A DNA stretch of 64,000 bases from an uncultured Pseudomonadales bacterium (GTDB lineage: Bacteria; Pseudomonadota; Gammaproteobacteria; Pseudomonadales; Pseudohongiellaceae): assembly GCA_949372635.1 (NCBI GenBank), contig CASIAB010000010.1, positions 46,072 through 110,071 of the forward strand, in the 5' to 3' direction. How positions within the stretch are numbered: position 1 is the first letter of the stretch; each line of letters opens with the position of its first letter. Under the pieces are notes generated by a model. That model ran no database searches. It was given only the letters and a program-made list of their open reading frames with translations, and was not told the origin of the DNA. Below, one piece after another: positions 19,589 through 29,176 of this stretch. Position numbers and translations under genes: made by a program.

Positions 19589-21484
19589 ATGCCAAAAATA
19601 ACATCTCAGAAGATCCTAATCTCCGCAATTTTCGCATTAGCTACAATGGCGACCCAAGCAGCCGACTGGCCCAGTTATGGCGGCGACAACGGTTCTCAGA
19701 AATATTCTCCCCTTGAGCAAATAGCTGCAGACAATGTCAGCACCCTAACAACCGCGTGGAGCTGGAATAGCGTAGATAACGCAACCGTCGCGAATAACGT
19801 TGCCAATGATAATGCTCGCGCGACGCCGGCAGGATACAAGGCTACACCGATAGTAGTGGGCGATACGATGTATGTGCCCACGTCGTTTGGCCGAATCGTC
19901 GCTTTGGATGCTGTCAGTGGTGCTGAAAAATGGGTTTTTGACACCAGAGCGTGGGAAGCAGGGCGGCCGACTAATTTAGGCTATAACACGCGCGGTGTTG
20001 CTTTCTGGGAGGAAGATGGCGAACAGCGAATATTTTTCGCGACCAATGACTCCACACTCTGGTCGATCGATGTTGCCTCAGGGGAGCCAGATACTAATTT
20101 TGGCGTCGATGGCCGAATCGATTTGTCTTTGGGCCTGGGTAGAGAGATTGATAAGTCGCGGTATGGTGTGGTTTCGCCGCCCTTGGTGACTAATAACACA
20201 GTTGTGGTCAATTCCAGTGTTGCAGATGGTGCGCGTACTAAGGAGATGCCTCCCGGGCATGTTAGAGCCTTTAATCCTATTACCGGTGACTTGGAGTGGA
20301 TGTTCAAGACGATTCCTCAGGCTGGAGAATTTGGCAATGACACTTGGGAGGATGGCTCTGCGGAATATTCGGGTAACACTAATTCATGGACCATTATGAG
20401 CGCCGATGATGAGCTAGGCATCGTTTACATACCCATCGGTACTCCAACTAATGATTGGTATGGTGGATTGCGTAAAGGCGACAATTTATTCGCTGAAAGT
20501 TTAGTTGCCGTTCGTGCCGAGACTGGCGAACGACTCTGGCATTTTCAGATGGTGCACCACGGTGTTTGGGACTATGACTTACCCGCGGCGCCAACACTTG
20601 TCGATATCACTGTTGATGGCCGGCCGATTAAGGCTGTAGCGGCAATATCAAAGCAAGGTTTTACTTATGTGTTCGATCGAATTACTGGCGAGCCTGTATG
20701 GCCTATCGAAGAAAGAGCCGTGCCTCAAAGCACTGTGCCAGGAGAAGTGCTCTCGGCAACCCAGCCGTTTCCTACTAAGCCAGCGGCATTCGAACCTCAG
20801 GGAATATCTGATGAAACTTTGATCGATTTCAGTGCGGAATTACGCAGTGAAGCGCTGCAAAATATCGAAAAGTATGACTATGGACCGTTGTTTACTCCAC
20901 CTTCACTACGTGGAGCGATTCAGTTTCCAGGTTGGGGCGGTGGTGGCGAATGGCATGGAGCGGCATTTGATCCAGATACTGGCCTGTACTACATACCTTC
21001 TGCATCCGTTCCTATCGTGGTGCAATTAAGAGAATCTCCACCAGAGCGCTCAGATTTGGATTTTGTTCGAGGGGGACCAAGATCAGTAGCCGGCCCTCAG
21101 GGATTGCCGCTGACTAAACCTCCCTACGGACGGATCACGGCCATTAATTTGAACACGGGCGAGCATGAATGGATGGTTCCTCACGGAGAAGGGATGCGCC
21201 AGAAGATAATTGATATGGGTATATTAGATCCCGGTCCAGTGGGCAGTGCGAGTAGGGTAGGCCCCTTGCTGACCAAGACATTATTGTTTATGGCTCAATC
21301 GGATGGAGGTCGCAACCTGATTAGGGCTTATAACAAGGCCAGCGGAGAGATTATCCACGAAGAAGAACTGCCGCTGCCTCCACAAGGCACGCCAATGACA
21401 TATTCGGTAGCAGGTAAGCAGTATATTTCGATCGCCGTTGGAGGTGGCGGAGATTCTAGGCTGGTGACTTTGTCTCTACCATAA
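19589..21484 (+). CDS. secreted PQQ-dependent dehydrogenase (8-bladed beta-propeller quinoprotein)
   Basis: 631 aa. Signal peptide ending ATQAADWPSYGGDNGSQKYSPL, typical of a quinoprotein N-terminus, with repeated Trp-docking propeller motifs. There is no N-terminal multi-TM anchor. Confidence 0.8.
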   Translation: MPKITSQKILISAIFALATMATQAADWPSYGGDNGSQKYSPLEQIAADNVSTLTTAWSWNSVDNATVANNVANDNARATPAGYKATPIVVGDTMYVPTSFGRIVALDAVSGAEKWVFDTRAWEAGRPTNLGYNTRGVAFWEEDGEQRIFFATNDSTLWSIDVASGEPDTNFGVDGRIDLSLGLGREIDKSRYGVVSPPLVTNNTVVVNSSVADGARTKEMPPGHVRAFNPITGDLEWMFKTIPQAGEFGNDTWEDGSAEYSGNTNSWTIMSADDELGIVYIPIGTPTNDWYGGLRKGDNLFAESLVAVRAETGERLWHFQMVHHGVWDYDLPAAPTLVDITVDGRPIKAVAAISKQGFTYVFDRITGEPVWPIEERAVPQSTVPGEVLSATQPFPTKPAAFEPQGISDETLIDFSAELRSEALQNIEKYDYGPLFTPPSLRGAIQFPGWGGGGEWHGAAFDPDTGLYYIPSASVPIVVQLRESPPERSDLDFVRGGPRSVAGPQGLPLTKPPYGRITAINLNTGEHEWMVPHGEGMRQKIIDMGILDPGPVGSASRVGPLLTKTLLFMAQSDGGRNLIRAYNKASGEIIHEEELPLPPQGTPMTYSVAGKQYISIAVGGGGDSRLVTLSLP

Positions 21485-21635
21485 ATAGAGTTGTACATTG
21501 AAACGGATTTAACCGATAACCATCGCCAAATAATATTTTTGCTAGGGCGCTCGGTTCTGTAGCGGCGTTGATTTAAGCTGTTGCTTTTTGCTATTCCGGG
21601 CTGCATACGCCGTCGTCTATGGTATTATGAGCTCT

Positions 21636-21750
21636 GGTAACTCTTGTCGGTCCCCACGCAATGATAAGTTATAAACCCCGCCAGGCCCGGAAGGGAGCAA
21701 CGGTAGTAGCTGACTCATGTGCCGCGGTGTGGCTGGCAAGGGCTGCCTCT
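21636..21750 (+). ncRNA. ffs: signal recognition particle RNA (4.5S RNA)
   Basis: Collinear with E. coli 4.5S RNA. The 5' GGTAACTCTTGTCGG pairs with the 3' CTGGCAAGGGCTGCC. The conserved domain IV is CCAGGCCCGGAAGGGAGCAACGG (GGAA tetraloop) and TGTGCCGCGGTGTGGCTGGCAAGGG. TATTAT at 21624-21629 sits 6-7 nt upstream of the predicted 5' end. The ends are approximate. Confidence 0.85.
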
Positions 21751-21824
21751 AATCATATTTTCACGAGAGTCGACATTTCTGTCCTAGGTATCCACACCTG
21801 CCAGAATATTGACGAAGAAACCTG

Positions 21825-23655
21825 ATGAGCTATCAAGTCCTAGCCCGCAAATGGCGACCTAGTAACTTCTCCCAAGTCGCTGGACAGGCTCATGTTCTCA
21901 AATCCCTTATTAATGCACTAGATAATGAGCGGCTGCATCATGCCTATCTCTTTACCGGCACTCGAGGTGTGGGTAAGACCACACTCGCTCGTATACTTGC
22001 GAAGTGTCTAAACTGCGAGGAAGGGATTAGCTCTGTACCCTGCGAAAAGTGCGGCTCTTGTACAGAGATCACTGAGGGCCGTTTCATCGATCTCTTGGAA
22101 ATTGACGCGGCGTCTCGTACTAAGGTCGAAGACACGAGAGAGCTTCTCGACAATGTGCAATACGCGCCAAGTCGGGGTCGCTTCAAGGTTTACCTCATCG
22201 ATGAGGTGCATATGCTGTCCAATCATAGCTTCAATGCACTCTTGAAGACTCTTGAAGAGCCACCTCCTCATGTGAAATTCCTGTTCGCTACCACTGACCC
22301 CCAGAAGTTGCCGATTACTATTCTCTCGAGGTGCCTGCAGTTCAATTTAAAAAATTTGAGCCCGCAACTTATTTCTGAGTATCTCGGCTCGGTGTTGGAA
22401 AAAGAAAAATTAGAATTCGAAGAAGAAGCGCTGTGGCAGATAGCGGCAGCAGCGTCTGGAAGTATGAGAGATGCTCTCACTCTTGCAGACCAAGCGATTT
22501 CCTATTGCGAGGGTCAGGTCGCTACCGATGGCGTCATCCAGATGCTCGGCGTACCTCCGCAGAAGCAAGTGTATGAGTTATTAAAGGGCATGGCATCGAG
22601 ATCAGTTTCGATAATACTCGAACTCATTCGGGATATTGCTGAGCAGACGCCAGATTATGGTCATACCTTAGATAGTTTATTATCAACGTTGCATCGTGTA
22701 GCTATTGCGCAAATCGAGCCTAAGGCTGCGGACAATAGTTATGGAGACATGCCTCAGATTCTGGAGCTGGCCTCCTTGATCAGTGCGGAAGATGTGCAGC
22801 TGTATTATCAAATGGGAATCAAGGGCAGGGAAGATCTGCGGCTCTCGGCGGAGGTGCGGACTGCTTTTGAGATGTTGTTGATTCGCATGCTGGTATTTTC
22901 TCCAGGTTATGTAGATCGTACAAATATAGAGGCCGGGGCAAGTTCCGATTCCTCGACGAATAATGAATCGAGCGGCGCTACTGAAAGCGAAAAAAAAAAG
23001 AATAAACTAACAGTAGAGATAGTGTCGGCCCAGCAGTTAGAGGAGCCTGAACCTGAGAGAATGAGTGAAGAGGCCATCGAGGTATCTCCTGAAGCGCCTA
23101 CCGATATTGAGGCGGAACAATCTAGTGATACCGAACATGAGCGGTGCTGAGGTGCCCAACGCAAGGGTAGTCGATGCTCATCGAGAAAAGCAGCTGGAGC
23201 CTGAAGAGGGCAGCGAAAGCGACAAGCCAGCTAGTGCAGCGTCGACAGGGTTGATCACGCTAGATTCGTTGAGTCCGGAGAGCTGGTTGCGGCTCTACCC
23301 TCAGCTCGAAATAACGGGCATTGCAGCCAACGTTCTTGCTAATTCGGATTTTCAACGAGCAGATTCCAACACCATACACTTCGTATTGGACCATGCTCAG
23401 AGCGCCGTTTTTAGCGATGAACTGTTGCCAAAAATCTCTCAGGCATTGAGTAGCTATTTTGCTGTAGAGGTTTTAGTACAAATTGAGATAGCAGATGTCA
23501 AGAATGAAACTCCGGCGATGTTGATTCAAAGGGTAAAACAAGAGAAGCATATTGCGATGGTCAACGATTTCGAGAGTGATGAGAATGTGCAGGAATTGCT
23601 GAAGCACTTCTCGGGCACTCTAGCGAAAGAAACTATAGCGCCTAATAAGGATTAA
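21825..23655 (+). pseudogene. dnaX: DNA polymerase III subunits gamma/tau; the tau frame is interrupted in the linker before domains IV-V
   Basis: ORF 21825..23150 (441 aa) holds the clamp-loader AAA+ module (GTRGVGKTT, Zn module CEKCGSC, DEVHML, SRC). ORF 23065..23655, in the +1 frame, holds the tau C-terminal domain (..SWLRLYPQLEITGIAANVLANS...TPAMLIQRVKQEK...). The frame switch must lie within 23065-23150, probably near 23140-23147. Confidence 0.85.
22990..23006 (+). promoter_or_regulatory. dnaX recoding signal: A10 tract containing the A AAA AAG -1 slippery heptamer, with a stop two codons later
   Basis: The 0 frame reads GAA AAA AAA AAG AAT (SEKKKN). A -1 slip on A AAA AAG (22994-23000) reads GAA then TAA (23003-23005), giving ...SEKKKE*. 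The other alternative frame stops at TAA 23008-23010. Confidence 0.6.
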
Positions 23656-23663
23656 TAACAAGC

Positions 23664-23984
23664 ATGACCGATTTGAATGAAATTATGAAGCAAGCGAAAC
23701 TGATGCAAGAGCAGTTTCAGAAAGCTCAAGAAGAACAGGTCAAGACGAAAACAGAAGGCGAATCCGGCGCCGGCTTGGTCAGGATCACAATGAACGGGAA
23801 GCATGGAGTTCTCAACGTTAGTCTCGACGATGCATTGCTGGGCGAGGACAAAGCAGTGATCGAAGACCTGCTTGCTGCAGCTGTAAATGATGCTGTTAGG
23901 AAGATCGAAGAGAAGAATAAAGATTCGCTAAGCGGCATGGCTGGCGGAATGAAAATGCCAGATGACTTTAAGTTTCCTTTCTAG
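23664..23984 (+). CDS. ybaB: nucleoid-associated protein YbaB/EbfC
   Basis: 106 aa. It occupies the conserved position between dnaX and rec[16 protein letters not shown]...[14 protein letters not shown] is typical. Confidence 0.9.
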   Translation: MTDLNEIMKQAKLMQEQFQKAQEEQVKTKTEGESGAGLVRITMNGKHGVLNVSLDDALLGEDKAVIEDLLAAAVNDAVRKIEEKNKDSLSGMAGGMKMPDDFKFPF

Positions 23985-23992
23985 GAGTAGTT

Positions 23993-24598
23993 GTGAATTC
24001 CAGCCCCCTAATTGATCAGCTTATTGAGGCGTTCCGCTGTCTTCCAGGTGTCGGACCAAAATCGGCGCAGCGGATGACCCTACACTTGCTGGAAAGAAAC
24101 CGATCGGGCGGAAAAAAGCTTAGTGAATCACTTACCGTTGCTATTAACGAAGTGGGAAACTGCATCCAGTGTCGCACTCTCACTGAAGAAGATACCTGCC
24201 GTATCTGCGCAAGCAAATCGCGCAATCACGCAATATGCTGTGTGGTAGAATCGCCTGCAGACATCTTCGCAATAGAGCAATCAGGTTCTTTTAGAGGTAT
24301 TTATTTCGTACTTATGGGACACCTGTCGCCTATAGATGGGATAGGCCCTGAGCAGCTCGGCATAAATCAGTTGTTAGACAAAGTAAAAAACAATGACATC
24401 GAGGAAGTTATAATCGCATGTAATCCGAACGTTGAAGGAGATGCTACTACCTACTATATAGCGGAGCAGTTGAAAAACTCCAATGTGCAGGTTTCTAGGA
24501 TTGCGCATGGTGTTCCTGTTGGGGGCGAATTGGAATTCGTTGATGGTGGTACTCTGACTCATGCCTTTGCGGGACGCACATCCATGGAACATTCATGA
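23993..24598 (+). CDS. recR: recombination protein RecR
   Basis: 201 aa with a GTG start. HhH ([12 protein letters not shown]), a C4 zinc finger ([16 protein letters not shown]) and a Toprim domain. Confidence 0.95.
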   Translation: MNSSPLIDQLIEAFRCLPGVGPKSAQRMTLHLLERNRSGGKKLSESLTVAINEVGNCIQCRTLTEEDTCRICASKSRNHAICCVVESPADIFAIEQSGSFRGIYFVLMGHLSPIDGIGPEQLGINQLLDKVKNNDIEEVIIACNPNVEGDATTYYIAEQLKNSNVQVSRIAHGVPVGGELEFVDGGTLTHAFAGRTSMEHS

Positions 24599-25771
24599 GT
24601 GAATCTGTATCTTGTGACGGTATGCCGGTTGAGTATGTTAGCGATGCGGCAACTCTAAACGCTCTCTGCGTGGAATGGGCTTCTGAGGAATTCCTGGCTG
24701 TAGACACAGAGTTCGAGCGAACCAGTACCTTCTACGCGCGTATCGGCTTGTTGCAAATAGCCGATAGTAAGTGCTGCTATTTGATAGACCCGCTTTCTAT
24801 TGATGACTGGTCTGGGTTCAAGAAGTTGCTTAGCACCCCGTCGTGCACGCTAGTAATGCATTCCTGTAGCGAAGACTTGAGTTTGTTACAAACGTTCTTG
24901 GGCTGCTTGCCAGTCTCCCTCTTTGATACGCAGCTCGCCGCTGCCTTCCTTGGTATTGGCTTTCAGCATTAGCTATCAAGTATTGATTGAGCAGTTGCTT
25001 GGCGTCGTGGTAGCAAAAGACGAGACGCGTTCTGATTGGATCAAGCGTCCGTTGTCAGTAAAGCAAATTCATTATGCCGCTGCTGATGTCCGCTATTTAC
25101 TGCAGGTTCGTCAAATTCTTAGCAATCAGATAGAACAAAAAGGCATGCTGAATTGGTTGCTGGCAGAAAGTAGGCAGCAGCTCGTCATGGCACATAGGCT
25201 TGAGCAAGAATCACAGTGGGAGTTTTATTATATGGGGGTTAGCAATGCCTGGCGCCTTAATACTGCGGGGCTACAGGCCCTGCAGCAGCTTTGTGTTTGG
25301 CGCGAGCAGAAGGCGCGGCAAAGAAACAAGCCGCGTAGCTGGATCGTTAAGGATAACGATCTTATAAATTTGTGTGCGGTAGTTTCTACTCCTATTAAGG
25401 CTGGTGAATTCACTCTAGAGGATGTTAGCAATGCTGAAGGCGTTGATAGCCGATTCCTATCGCGTAACGCATCCGATTTATACCAATTACTTAGTGACCC
25501 ATCGAATAGGAGAGAAGTTGATCCTAGTCGATTAAACAAGCCTCTAAGCGGGCCTCTTAGGAAGAAATTGAAATTGAGTAAACAGGTGACTAATATGAAA
25601 GCCGAGGAGTTGGGCATGTCTCAGGAGTTACTCGGGCGCAAGAAATTTCTCGTGGAATTGCTCAGAAGTTATGAAAGAGATGGAGAGTTACAATGGTCCG
25701 GGGACTTCGCTGGTTGGCGTCGTGAACTGTTAGAAGTTGAGCTCACAGCTATAATCACTAAGGCCGATTGA
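24595..25771 (+). pseudogene. rnd: ribonuclease D, split by one frameshift
   Basis: ORF 24595..24972 holds the DEDDy exonuclease N-part (LAVDTEFERTSTFYARIGLLQIAD, MHSCSEDL, FDTQLAAAFLGIGFQH*). ORF 24923..25771, in the +1 frame, continues SISYQVLIEQLLGVVVAKDETRSDWIKRPL...YAAADVRYL plus HRDC domains. One extra base near 24961-24965 (GGC TTT C AGC ATT) separates them, and the fused length is ~392 codons. The start overlaps the recR stop (ATGA). Confidence 0.85.
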
Positions 25772-26232
25772 TGGCCGTTACTAAAACAGGATTGCGACCT
25801 CAATTCTGGGAGCTGCCACTGAATGAGTTAAATCCCGAGGAGTGGGAGGGCCTCTGTGATGGATGCGGGCGTTGCTGTCTTAAGAAGTTTGCCGACGAGG
25901 AGACTGATGAAGTCATCTATACACGAATTGTTTGCCGCTTCTTCGATGAGAAAACCAGCCTCTGTGGCTGTTATGAGTCCCGGACAGAGCTAGTTCCCGA
26001 TTGTCTCGATGTACGGGACATGAACCTTAAGGCGAGTACTTGGATGCCCGATAGCTGCGCGTATAGACTCCGAAGCAATGGTAAGAAGCTTTTTGATTGG
26101 CACCCTTTGTTGGCTGGCTCGACTAAGAAAATGGCAGACGCAGGAATATTGCTCGAAGATAAAGTGATCTCAGAGGAATATGTACACCCGGATGGTCTTG
26201 GAGAGCATCTTATTCGATGGGTTAAGGCATAA
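25768..26232 (+). CDS. ycgN: YcgN-family cysteine-cluster protein (UPF0260)
   Basis: 154 aa. WEGLCDGCGRCCLKKF...DSCAYRL...WHPLLAGS matches E. coli YcgN. The start overlaps the rnd stop. Confidence 0.85.
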   Translation: MMAVTKTGLRPQFWELPLNELNPEEWEGLCDGCGRCCLKKFADEETDEVIYTRIVCRFFDEKTSLCGCYESRTELVPDCLDVRDMNLKASTWMPDSCAYRLRSNGKKLFDWHPLLAGSTKKMADAGILLEDKVISEEYVHPDGLGEHLIRWVKA

Positions 26233-26615
26233 TGGATTGGATCAGTAACTATTGGTTTTTCTGGATCTTGTATCTAGGTGCTGCGGTAATTTTCACCGGT
26301 ATCTTCTGGAGAGTAACTCGTTTCGAACGGGCGATTTGGGCTTCCTACAGCCTGAGAGCTGTTGCGATAGCGGTTGCTTTTACTCCTTGGTACAGTAATT
26401 CGCAGGACAGCAGAATGGCCCCCGCGCTTATGGTGGCGGCTCTCGACGCTATTACCGGAGGCTTTGAGGCAGCTTTCAGGAGTTTCGTCCCTCTTGTTTT
26501 AGCGGTGTTCTTCGGTCTATTGCTGGCAGGTGCGATGTCTTTTTTTAAGGCAAAAAATATTAAAAAATTTATTAATAACAATAATATAGAAAGGAAATCT
26601 AAAGTAATAAAGTGA
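26232..26615 (+). CDS. hypothetical inner-membrane protein (about 4 TM helices)
   Basis: 127 aa. The start overlaps the ycgN stop (TAATG). It has hydrophobic helices and an AT-rich, low-complexity tail (KAKNIKKFINNNNIERKSKVIK). I recognise no family. Confidence 0.5.
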   Translation: MDWISNYWFFWILYLGAAVIFTGIFWRVTRFERAIWASYSLRAVAIAVAFTPWYSNSQDSRMAPALMVAALDAITGGFEAAFRSFVPLVLAVFFGLLLAGAMSFFKAKNIKKFINNNNIERKSKVIK

Positions 26616-27113
26616 GTTTACGAAACGAATAACTCCCCCGCATGAATGTTCTGTTTGAATTTGTCTTCATTGTCGCAAAGCTCAAAATTTATTTATTTAA
26701 TCAACTGCTTAGCAAGCAGAGAGTCGTCCTGTAAGGTCATTTTATTTCCTTAGTTTCTATCATGCTTGCCGTTGGTGCCGCCGGTGGCGTTATCAACTAC
26801 TTTACCCTTGGCCCGCAACAATCGCTCGAAAGCGGCTTGCTCTTGCGCGGCATTATGTTGGTTTAAAGGTGTGTGTTGGCACATCACAGAGCGCGATAGG
26901 AAGCTTGTTGAGGTGGAGCTTAATAAATAAGAGACCTAGATTTTTGCTCTGAAGAGTGCGTTCAGGAAATCCATGTTACAACTAGGGTATAGCGTTATTT
27001 GCTATCAGACTGGATAAACTTCAAGATCGAGGCGCAAGGTCTGGTTTTTCCTGTATTAATAGAGGTCTGGTGTTTACAATACTCGCACGTAAATTGAGCA
27101 GTGGAAAAGATTG

Positions 27114-27956
27114 ATGAATTTTACCGGTACCGAAGAATACGTAGCGACAAATGAATTGCAGTTGGCCGTCAATGCGGCAATTGCCTTACAAAAACCATTA
27201 TTGATTAAAGGCGAGCCCGGTACGGGTAAGACCATGCTGGCAGAGCAGATCGCCAAATCCTTGAACCTGCCTTTGATCCAATGGCATATCAAATCAACGA
27301 CAAAGGCGCAGCAAGGCCTATATGAATACGATGCGGTCTCACGATTGCGCGATTCGCAGTTAGGCGACGACAAGGTTCATGATATTGGCAACTATATCGT
27401 GCCAGGTAAACTCTGGGAGTCTTTTGAATCCGGCGATCAATCAATTTTGCTGATTGATGAGATAGACAAAGCCGATATAGAGTTCCCAAACGACTTGCTG
27501 TTAGAACTCGATAAAATGGAATTTTTCGTCTATGAGACGAAGGAATTGATTAAGGCGAAAACACGGCCTATCGTTATTATTACGAGTAATAATGAGAAAG
27601 AACTCCCAGATGCCTTTCTTCGTCGCTGCTTCTTTCACTACATCGAGTTTCCAGATTCTCAGACGATGGAAAAAATAGTCGATGTGCATTATCCGAATCT
27701 CAAGAAGGAGCTGCTCTCACAGGCGATGGATGTGTTTTTCGATGTGCGGAAAATACCCGGCTTGAAGAAGAAGCCATCAACGTCTGAACTGATCGACTGG
27801 CTGAAGCTGCTAATGGCCGATGACATTCCAGAAGATGTGCTAAAGAATCACAGTGCAAAGAATGCTATCCCACCTCTGTATGGCGCGCTGTTAAAGAACG
27901 AGCAAGATGTGCACTTATTAGAAAAATTGGCTTTCATGCATAGAGCGAAGAGCTAG
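27114..27956 (+). CDS. MoxR-like AAA+ ATPase (AAA_5)
   Basis: Walker A GEPGTGKT, Walker B LLIDEIDK and sensor region ITSNNEKELPDAFLRRCF. ATG at 27114 sits just inside the TTG at 27111 of the track ORF. Confidence 0.85.
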   Translation: MNFTGTEEYVATNELQLAVNAAIALQKPLLIKGEPGTGKTMLAEQIAKSLNLPLIQWHIKSTTKAQQGLYEYDAVSRLRDSQLGDDKVHDIGNYIVPGKLWESFESGDQSILLIDEIDKADIEFPNDLLLELDKMEFFVYETKELIKAKTRPIVIITSNNEKELPDAFLRRCFFHYIEFPDSQTMEKIVDVHYPNLKKELLSQAMDVFFDVRKIPGLKKKPSTSELIDWLKLLMADDIPEDVLKNHSAKNAIPPLYGALLKNEQDVHLLEKLAFMHRAKS

Positions 27957-27996
27957 TCGCGGGCAGCCCGATTCTTGACCTGGCAGAGACTCCGTT

Positions 27997-29176
27997 ATGC
28001 TGATTAATTTTTTTATGACCCTCAAGCAGGAGCGGCTTCCCGTCTCCTTCACCGAACTATTCTCCCTGCTTGAATGCCTGAAGCAAAATGTGATCTTTGC
28101 GACATGTTGAGGATTTCTACTACCTGTCACGTATGTGCTTTGTCAAAGATGAAAAGAACTTCGATAAGTTCGACATAGCCTTTGGTAAGTATTTCGAGAG
28201 CGTCGATGCTATCAACGATCTTGCGATGTACCAGATACCTGATGACTGGCTGCGTAAGCAAATGGAGTCAATGCTAAGTGATGAAGAGAAAGCTAAGATT
28301 GAGGCGCTGGGTGGCTTAGAAAAGCTCATGGAAGAATTCCGAAAGCGAATGGAAGATCAGAAGAAGAGACACGAAGGCGGCAATAAGTGGGTCGGTACTG
28401 GAGGCACATCACCGTTTGGAGCTTATGGTTACAATCCTGAAGGAATTCGAATCGGTCAGGAAGGAGGGCGTAATGGGAGTGCGGTCAAAGTTTGGGACAA
28501 GCGTAATTATCGCGATCTCGATGATTCTGTAGAAATAGGAACGAGAAACATCAAGATGGCTCTGCGTCGCTTGCGTAAATTCGCGAGAACCGGAGCAGAG
28601 GAAGAGCTGGATATCAGCGACACCATTTCATCAACCGCGAAAAATGCAGGACTCCTCGACATCAAGATGGTGCCAGAGCGTCACAACTCCGTGAAGGTCT
28701 TACTGTTTTTCGATGTAGGTGGATCGATGGATCCGCACGTTAAGTTATGCGAAGAATTATTTTCCGCCGCGCGAACAGAATTTAAGCATCTTAAGTATTT
28801 CTATTTCCATAACTTCATCTACGAATCTGTGTGGTCAAAGAGTGTCCGGCGCCACGCGGAGACGACATCGACGTTTGATATACTGCATAAGTATTCCAAA
28901 GACTACAAAGTTATATTCGTAGGGGACGCTACTATGGCTCCGTATGAGGTGACTCATGTCGGAGGCAGTATCGAGCATTACAACGACGAAGCGGGCGCAG
29001 TTTGGATAAAGCGACTCACAGATGTGTTCGATAATGTAGTCTGGATCAATCCAACTCCTAAAGACTTTTGGGAGCACAGCTACTCTATCGAAGTGGTTAG
29101 AGAGCTTGTAGAAGATCGAATGTTTCCTCTTTCTGTTAAGGGTCTGGAAGAAGCCATGACTCTGCTGACGAAGTAA
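27997..29176 (+). pseudogene. VWA domain protein (CoxE-like partner of the MoxR ATPase), N-terminus split by one frameshift
   Basis: ATG 27997 opens 37 codons (MLINFFMTLKQERLPVSFTELFSLLECLKQNVIFATC*, stop 28108-28110). ORF 28097..29176, in the +1 frame, continues HVEDFYYLSRMCFVKDEKNFDKFDIAF... and carries the VWA MIDAS-like segment LLFFDVGGSMD. The indel must lie within 28094-28110. The fused length is ~393 codons. Confidence 0.75.

Noticed and set aside
23130-23150. Programmed +1 frameshift at the dnaX 0-frame stop (TGC TGA G) as a way of making tau.
   Set aside because: The P-site codon TGC cannot re-pair in the +1 frame (GCT). There is no SD-like stimulator 3 nt upstream as in prfB, and no rare or hungry codon context. 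A simple indel explains it better.
26540-26615. The AT-rich homopolymer-laden 3' tail of the 127-aa membrane ORF (T7, A6 and A6 runs encoding KAKNIKKFINNNNIERKSKVIK), as a possible frameshifted or extended C-terminus.
   Set aside because: I recognise no family, so I cannot tell where the native stop should be. The observation is compatible with a normal basic cytoplasmic tail.
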